Positions 34,663 through 40,083 of a stretch of 40,083 nucleotides of DNA are shown one piece after another. The notes below the pieces were generated by a model, which saw nothing but the letters and a program-made list of their open reading frames with translations, was not told the DNA's origin and made no database searches. The DNA comes from a virus (taxonomy: Duplodnaviria > Caudoviricetes): positions 1 to 40,083 of IMG/VR virus record IMGVR_UViG_3300005077_000081; one strand, written 5' to 3'. The position numbers and the translations under genes were made by a program. Each line of letters begins with the position of its first letter. Positions within the stretch are counted from its first letter, which is position 1.

Positions 34663-35205
34663 ATGGCTACAAGAAAGTTCAAGGGATCGGTTGCTACAAA
34701 GTCGCACGCGAAAGGCAATAACATGACAGAAGAAAACATCGCAGTTGAACAAAGCGAGGAAAGCGCAAACGAAATCGAAGCGTCGGAAGTCGAAGAGGAA
34801 ATTGTAACGCCAGAATTGCGCGTATCCGATGAAATGCAAGAGGTCTTCAACGCCGCTACGGATTCGAAGGGCCGGAAGGTCAAGGCATCATATGTATACG
34901 CCACCGTGTCAAAGCTAAATCGGATGTGGGTTGGCGGCGGTTGCGCGAACAACGAACTGCTAAACGATATCCAAAAAATTGGCGAGCTATACGGAAAGCA
35001 CAAGTCATGTGGAGGGAACGCGGTTGTTGCGGCAATGGCAAAGGCAATCCGCATGGTTCGCGCAACGGGAAATCCCAGGCTGGTGGAAGAGTTGCCAGCT
35101 TTAGAGAGAATTTACAACAATATTATGTCACAACTCGGCAACGGAGTTGACGCGCTAACCCTGGTCGCGGCTGTCGAAAAAATCGCCAAGAAACATCGCA
35201 GCTAA
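34663..35205 (+). CDS. Hypothetical early protein with acidic N-terminal region
   Basis: TAAGGAG SD; followed by a terminator. Confidence 0.75.
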   Translation: MATRKFKGSVATKSHAKGNNMTEENIAVEQSEESANEIEASEVEEEIVTPELRVSDEMQEVFNAATDSKGRKVKASYVYATVSKLNRMWVGGGCANNELLNDIQKIGELYGKHKSCGGNAVVAAMAKAIRMVRATGNPRLVEELPALERIYNNIMSQLGNGVDALTLVAAVEKIAKKHRS

Positions 35206-35222
35206 TGCGTTACGCTTTTTTC

Positions 35223-35251
35223 AAAAGGCCCGGATTATCCGGGCCTTTTTT
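35223..35251. terminator. Bidirectional-type intrinsic terminator
   Basis: AAAAGGCCCGGA-TTA-TCCGGGCCTTTTTT. Confidence 0.85.
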
Positions 35252-35288
35252 AATTACAGAAGCGTCTATATTTTTAAGGAGTAAAAAA

Positions 35289-35567
35289 ATGATCGGGATA
35301 AAAATGGAACCTATCGATTCGGCGTACTATTTTGAATGTCCAGATTGCAAGCTTCCGATGGATATCAGATTTCCTTGCGATTCCTGCGGCGCAGAATTTC
35401 ACATCTGCGAGGTTTGCCTTGTCACTTTTGGCGAACACAAAATGCACCATGATGTGCTTTTTAGCACGCGGAATTTGTGCGACGATTGCATCATCGAACG
35501 AGAAAAGGAATATGATGAAATCAGAAGGTCGGATATCGCGGATTATAATAGGTTTCGCAACGGTTAA
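35289..35567 (+). CDS. Zinc-finger protein (four CxxC)
   Basis: Start moved to ATG 35289 behind TAAGGAG; CPDC, CDSC, CEVC, CDDC. Confidence 0.7.
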   Translation: MIGIKMEPIDSAYYFECPDCKLPMDIRFPCDSCGAEFHICEVCLVTFGEHKMHHDVLFSTRNLCDDCIIEREKEYDEIRRSDIADYNRFRNG

Positions 35568-35578
35568 GGTGAAATAAC

Positions 35579-35929
35579 ATGATAATTTGTACAACAGGTA
35601 TTGGGGATTCAATGCTTGTTCATTTGCTAGGGCAGAGTCACACGGCGCAAATTTTCGAAATTCAAAAACAGGCTTCGCTTATTGACAACCACAAACATGC
35701 GCTTGATAAGTTTTTGAAATACGGAGGATATATCACAAACGGCACATGGCAAGGAACATTTGACGGGCAATCTTATTGGTGGGTTGCGGTTGATGTTAGC
35801 TTGCAATGCACGTATGACATTAACGGGAAATTTCGTCTTAACACCCATTGCAATTTATGCGGCGTAAAGCTTGGGGACGGGCAAGATTCGCCGTGCTGCT
35901 TATGCGACATCGAGTTTAACAGGGCATAA
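35579..35929 (+). CDS. Hypothetical protein with C-terminal zinc motif
   Basis: SD AAGGTG; CNLCG...CCLC. Confidence 0.6.
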   Translation: MIICTTGIGDSMLVHLLGQSHTAQIFEIQKQASLIDNHKHALDKFLKYGGYITNGTWQGTFDGQSYWWVAVDVSLQCTYDINGKFRLNTHCNLCGVKLGDGQDSPCCLCDIEFNRA

Positions 35930-35945
35930 CATTAAGGAGCGAAAA

Positions 35946-36992
35946 ATGGAATCTACTTTAAAGCTGCAAACTTTTGCAAATCGCGTACTCGAGCTTGAGG
36001 CGCAAAAGCGCGATTACATCGCGCCGACTTCGCAGCTTGCAATGTCAAGCGGCGATCTTATTCTGAACAACGCGCCATATCAAATTTCAGATCATGCTCA
36101 TTCTCAAATCGCGGCACGGCTAAAAATTCCTATGCAATATTATAACATGATGCGCAACAACGGCGCGACAGACCTGCTAGGAAAAAACGTCAACCATTGG
36201 TTCAAGGCAAAACCTGAAAACAGAATGCTGCGTTGCTACGAAAACGGCGACAGAAAATTGCGCGCATTTTGTTCTGATAGGTTCATGGCATATGATGATG
36301 CAATCGTAGCGCGAGCGGCGCTTCCTGTTTTGATGAACCTAAGCGAAACCAGCGGAATTTCGTTGAAGTCTTTTACGCTTACGGAAAAAAGACTATATAT
36401 TCAAGCGGTTTCGCCAAAACTTGAAGCAGAAATCAAACCCGGAGATGTTGTACAATGCGGAATTACAATTCGAAATTCAGAAGTTGGAAGCGGACAATTC
36501 GCCGTCGAAGAAATGATCTATCGATTAATTTGCCGCAACGGAATGATAGCGGGAACCGCGCTTAGAAAATATCATTCAGGGCGGCGACAGATCGAGGGAG
36601 ACGCTGAAGGAGAAACCTTTTATTCTCAAGATACGATTGCAGCGGACATTTTAGCCTTTGAAATGAAAGTTCGGGATACGGTTGAACACGCATTTAATGA
36701 AGCGAATTTTCAAAAAGAGGTACGTCAACTCCGAGACATATCAGCGGCAACCTTTAAGCCAGCGCTTTTAGATACGGTTGCAACGGAAGTTTCGAGAAGG
36801 TACGCCGTTCCGAAGAACGATATTTTATCCCGTATTTCGGAAAGCGAGGATCTTTCGCTATACGGCGTTGTTAACGCCGTTACCTCTCTTGCTCATGCAA
36901 CAGAAGACAAAGATTTGGCGTATCAATATGAGCGAATTGGAGGATCAATCGCGCACATGAACAAGAAGGAATGGACAGCGATATTGAACTAA
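35946..36992 (+). CDS. DUF932/DUF945-like phage protein
   Basis: Start moved to ATG 35946 behind TAAGGAG; AHSQIAARLKIP..YY, RAFCSDRF, GITIRNSEVG.G, YRLICRNGMI, H.G. Confidence 0.8.
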   Translation: MESTLKLQTFANRVLELEAQKRDYIAPTSQLAMSSGDLILNNAPYQISDHAHSQIAARLKIPMQYYNMMRNNGATDLLGKNVNHWFKAKPENRMLRCYENGDRKLRAFCSDRFMAYDDAIVARAALPVLMNLSETSGISLKSFTLTEKRLYIQAVSPKLEAEIKPGDVVQCGITIRNSEVGSGQFAVEEMIYRLICRNGMIAGTALRKYHSGRRQIEGDAEGETFYSQDTIAADILAFEMKVRDTVEHAFNEANFQKEVRQLRDISAATFKPALLDTVATEVSRRYAVPKNDILSRISESEDLSLYGVVNAVTSLAHATEDKDLAYQYERIGGSIAHMNKKEWTAILN

Positions 36993-36999
36993 TTTAACA

Positions 37000-37034
37000 T
37001 GCAAGCGCGATGATTTTTTATCATCGCGCTTGCA
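37000..37034. terminator. 15-bp perfect hairpin
   Basis: TGCAAGCGCGATGAT-TTTTT-ATCATCGCGCTTGCA; no T-tract, so terminator versus processing or binding site is uncertain. Confidence 0.55.
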
Positions 37035-37062
37035 ACCTGAAAATGTTTGCAAAAGGCCGAAC

Positions 37063-37266
37063 ATGAAAGAACAAAACAAATATTTGACGGTAACAACGTT
37101 TGCAAGGCTTATAGGCAAGCCGAAATCAACCGTTTACTATTATCTGTATAACAAAATTATAACCGCTAAAAAATCAGGATCAACTTATCTTATCCCGATA
37201 GAACAAAAGCGCGTCATAAATTTGTATCTTGCCATGAAACACAAAACAAAGGAGAAGAAAAAATGA
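37063..37266 (+). CDS. Excisionase-like / HTH_17 DNA-binding protein
   Basis: YLTVTTFARLIGKPKSTVYYYL...ITAKKSGSTYLIP. Confidence 0.75.
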   Translation: MKEQNKYLTVTTFARLIGKPKSTVYYYLYNKIITAKKSGSTYLIPIEQKRVINLYLAMKHKTKEKKK

Positions 37267-37376
37267 ACAGTTGTAATTTTAGAGTAAAAGATTCTACGAA
37301 CAAGATTATTCTTTCAACGCTGTTAATCGCTCTTGTTCTTTGGTTTGTTACAATGATCGGGTTTATCAGTTATTAA
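37263..37376 (+). CDS. Small single-TM membrane protein (37 aa)
   Basis: ATGA overlap, SD AAGGAG; IILSTLLIALVLWFVTMIGFISY. Confidence 0.6.
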   Translation: MNSCNFRVKDSTNKIILSTLLIALVLWFVTMIGFISY

Positions 37377-37422
37377 TCTGTAAAATCTAAATTTTAGCGT
37401 CAGTCAAATAAGGAGCAAAAAA

Positions 37423-37734
37423 ATGTTAGACAGCAAAACTATTGTAAAAATCTATTCGTGCACCACAAGCGATTATCAAACTAATTTGCTTAACGGCATT
37501 GAAACGTGGAGCGGTTCAAGCTTAAGAGGCAAGGCGCGAAAATATGGATGTTCTTATTATTATACGCGCCAAAAACTGGTATCAAAAATAAACGCCGTTC
37601 TTCCGAGTGGATACAAAGCTGTATTAAAATTGAGATTGCACGGCGCGCCGAAAAGATGGAAAAAAGAACTCGCAATAATCAACAACGGATCAACGGAATA
37701 TTGGGATGATATTTTGCAATACGATTTGAAATAA
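37423..37734 (+). CDS. Hypothetical protein
   Basis: TAAGGAG SD; basic protein with WSGSSLRGKARKY. Confidence 0.7.
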   Translation: MLDSKTIVKIYSCTTSDYQTNLLNGIETWSGSSLRGKARKYGCSYYYTRQKLVSKINAVLPSGYKAVLKLRLHGAPKRWKKELAIINNGSTEYWDDILQYDLK

Positions 37735-37756
37735 TCGCGTGAACATTAAATTATTC

Positions 37757-37796
37757 CAGGTTTTTACTTTACTTTTGCAAAGTATTTTATTAGAAT
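37757..37796 (+). promoter_or_regulatory. Putative sigma70-type promoter
   Basis: TTTACT 37768-37773, 17 nt, TAGAAT 37791-37796; CAGGTTTT upstream at 37757. Confidence 0.65.
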
Positions 37797-37799
37797 ATT

Positions 37800-37877
37800 A
37801 AAATCAATAGCGCCAAGCAGCTCCTTAAATAATCAATGCCGTTTTGTTCATGTTTTAGATTTGGCGCTATTGATTTT
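37800..37877 (+). ncRNA. Long-stem/large-loop element E
   Basis: 17-bp perfect inverted repeat AAAATCAATAGCGCCAA (37800-37816) / TTGGCGCTATTGATTTT (37861-37877); 44-nt loop beginning GCAGCTCCTTAAAT; starts at the predicted transcription start. Confidence 0.65.
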
Positions 37878-37887
37878 GGGGGTTAAA

Positions 37888-38913
37888 ATGAAATTAGAAA
37901 ATATCATTCCTGGCTCAAAAGAGTGGATCGAAGAACGAAAAAAGAGAATTCAAAGCACAGACGCCGCGCCGATTTTAGGTCTTTCACGATACAAAAATGC
38001 ATACGATGTATGCCTTGATAAATGGGGAGAATCTCCAGAACAAAAAGAAACGCAAGCGATGATCCGTGGCATAGTGCTTCAGAAAGTAGTTTATTCCGCT
38101 TACGAAAGATTATACGGCATTAAATTAACACCTGAATTTTACGCCGTACACGATACGCACGAATGGATGGGTGCAACTCCTGACGCCGGAATAAACAAAG
38201 AAACGCATCTTCAAATCAAAACGCACAACAATTATATTAGAGACGAGTACGAAAACGGCAAAGTTCCAATTAGCGAAGCAGCGCAAGTTTTGCATGAAAT
38301 GGCGGTTTGCAACACAAACTCCGCCGATTTGGCGATACTGTTTGGTGATACTTCGGAGTTGAATTTGTTGGCGATGCTGACAAATAAATTGTGGTCTGAT
38401 AATTTAGCGTTCAGAAAAATAATAACAGATCATGTTTTAGAAGGCGACAATTTTAAAATTATATCTTGTCTAAGAGACGAAGCAAGCATTGATTTGATAA
38501 TAGACGCGGAAAAAGAATTCTATTTTGAAAGCGTCATTAACAAACGGCTCCCACCAAACGCGCCGACTTTAAAAGATTCTGGAAACATAAGAAAGGCAAC
38601 GGAAACCGAAACACAACTTATTTCTCATGCCGCGCAATTATACAAAGACAAAAAGAAAGCGGATTATGCTTATGAAACAATAACGGAAGCGTTGAAAAGA
38701 ATGATTGGAGAAGATACAGGAATAGACGCAGGCGATTTGGGAAAGGTGACATACAAGCAACAATCGTGCACAGCAAATTACAAAGCTGTAGCCGAATCGA
38801 TGAAATCGATGCTTGAAATGTCAGATGAAGAATATGAGCGCTTGGTAGAAAGCTGCGGAAACAAAAAAATACGTCGATTTGTTGTGCCATACAAAAAATG
38901 GTGCGGTGACTGA
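37888..38913 (+). CDS. YqaJ-like viral recombinase exonuclease
   Basis: W..ERKKRIQSTDAAPILGLSRYK, WMGATPDA, LQIKT, QVLHEMAV. Confidence 0.9.
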   Translation: MKLENIIPGSKEWIEERKKRIQSTDAAPILGLSRYKNAYDVCLDKWGESPEQKETQAMIRGIVLQKVVYSAYERLYGIKLTPEFYAVHDTHEWMGATPDAGINKETHLQIKTHNNYIRDEYENGKVPISEAAQVLHEMAVCNTNSADLAILFGDTSELNLLAMLTNKLWSDNLAFRKIITDHVLEGDNFKIISCLRDEASIDLIIDAEKEFYFESVINKRLPPNAPTLKDSGNIRKATETETQLISHAAQLYKDKKKADYAYETITEALKRMIGEDTGIDAGDLGKVTYKQQSCTANYKAVAESMKSMLEMSDEEYERLVESCGNKKIRRFVVPYKKWCGD

Positions 38914-38923
38914 TATAAAAAAA

Positions 38924-38949
38924 GGGGAGCGGAAACGTTCCGACTCCCC
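38924..38949. terminator. Hairpin with 5' A-tract (possible minus-strand terminator)
   Basis: GGGGAG-CGGAA-ACG-TTCCG-A-CTCCCC preceded by a run of A. Confidence 0.5.
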
Positions 38950-38976
38950 AGCGACAATTGGTTAAGGAGCTATAAC

Positions 38977-40053
38977 ATGCCAGAAGAAACAAGACAACCA
39001 AATAATGAAACTTTTTCAACTCCAACGGTGATGAAAAACTATGATCCTACTCCAGAAAATGCCAATGACTACCAAGGCGACGTAGTAAAAACAGGATTTG
39101 GAGCAGTGGAGTTTACAAATCAGAACGAAACTTCTGCAATTGCGGCCGCAGAACATGCAAAGGCCATGGTTCAAGCGCGTTTTATCGTTGCGATGCAGCG
39201 ACCTCGAAACATGAATGTTGTCGCACAGCGCATTTTCAACACTTGCAAGCGACCTTCATTTGCCGAAATCGCGCAATACGCAAAACCGATAGGAAAGGCA
39301 ATGATAAGAGGCCCATCTGTACGCTTTGCGGATGAGGCTTCCAAGTTAATGGGAAATATCTACGTTCAAAGCAATAGCACTTATGAGGACGAATCGATAA
39401 GAAAAATTTCCGTTGAAGCCACCGATCTTGAAACCAATTTTACCAAATCGGTTGAAGTCGTTATCGACAAAACAGTTGAACGAAGAAACCCGACCGGAAG
39501 AGAGATTATTGGACGCCGAACGAATTCATACGGCGATATTGTTTATATCGTGAAGGCAACGGAAGATGAAGTTTTTGTAAAGACAAACTCGCAAATCGCT
39601 AAAGCGCGAAGAAATCTTGAACTGCAGCTAATTCCACAGGATATTCTCGAAGATGCGATGGAAATCTGTTCTCGAACGGTAAACAACGAAAACGCCAAAG
39701 ATCCCGATCTTTTCAAGAAACAACTGATGCGCGCATTTGCAAATATAAATATCATGCCTGATGAATTGGAAAAATATCTCGGCCATTCGATTGACATCCT
39801 TTCAAAAGAAGAAATCGAAAATTTGCGAGCCGTGCATCAATCCATTGTCCAAGGGGAGGCAACCTGGATAGATTTTCGCGATATGAAATCCGAAGGCGAG
39901 GTAGGAAAAAGGTCGGAACAAGCAGAAGCGGCCAGGGAAGCCATAAAAGCGGCGCGGAGTCAGAAGTCGTCTAGACCAAGTCCATCATCGTCGCCAGGCG
40001 CGACGAGGTTAAGCCAGGATCAAAAACTCCAGGGTAAAACGATAAATGACTAA
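38977..40053 (+). CDS. Probable single-strand annealing (recombination) protein partnering YqaJ
   Basis: VQARFIVAMQRPRN...AQYAKPIG...IRGPSVRFA.E...MGNI pattern; directly downstream of the exonuclease; exact family inferred. Confidence 0.6.
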   Translation: MPEETRQPNNETFSTPTVMKNYDPTPENANDYQGDVVKTGFGAVEFTNQNETSAIAAAEHAKAMVQARFIVAMQRPRNMNVVAQRIFNTCKRPSFAEIAQYAKPIGKAMIRGPSVRFADEASKLMGNIYVQSNSTYEDESIRKISVEATDLETNFTKSVEVVIDKTVERRNPTGREIIGRRTNSYGDIVYIVKATEDEVFVKTNSQIAKARRNLELQLIPQDILEDAMEICSRTVNNENAKDPDLFKKQLMRAFANINIMPDELEKYLGHSIDILSKEEIENLRAVHQSIVQGEATWIDFRDMKSEGEVGKRSEQAEAAREAIKAARSQKSSRPSPSSSPGATRLSQDQKLQGKTIND

Positions 40054-40083
40054 TCGAAACCACAAAATCAAACCAGCGTCAAC

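Noticed and set aside
985-39797. Numerous minus-strand ORFs in the track
   Set aside because: All lie opposite well-supported + strand genes or elements and show no recognisable motifs.
1-40083. Genome-wide TAG reassignment (genetic code 15)
   Set aside because: Genes are intact under code 11, and several TAG stops are followed directly by the next start; only the portal case is anomalous.

Overview
The window is a large part of a tailed dsDNA phage genome with siphovirus-type morphogenesis genes; both ends are cut mid-gene and all credible genes lie on the + strand. The order is: an accessory region (1-7.8 kb) with two beta-helix proteins, many small ORFs, an Acb2/Tad1-like hairpin protein, a PD-(D/E)XK nuclease and a CAU-anticodon tRNA; then ParB-methylase, TerS, TerL, a three-gene lysis-like block, portal, MuF-like protein, scaffold, P22-like coat, neck genes, tail tube, a frameshifting tail chaperone, tape measure and an RcGTA-like tail tip; then an early region (34.6-40 kb) with a DUF932-like protein, an HTH protein, a YqaJ exonuclease and a probable annealing protein. 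The most unusual signals are: (1) dispersed long-stem/large-loop intergenic elements, three of which display an anti-Shine-Dalgarno sequence at the 5' edge of the loop (candidate phage antisense sRNAs); (2) gene cassettes bounded by 18-23 bp RBS-containing direct repeats, one carrying a beta-barrel protein coupled to an RS/WS/GS-repeat peptide; (3) a 1040-aa neck protein ending in two head-closure-like domains; (4) duplicated distal-tail genes sharing an extra domain with a third gene; (5) a portal amber codon followed by an in-frame acidic tail. All family assignments come from motif recognition and synteny by eye; no searches or folding programs were run.
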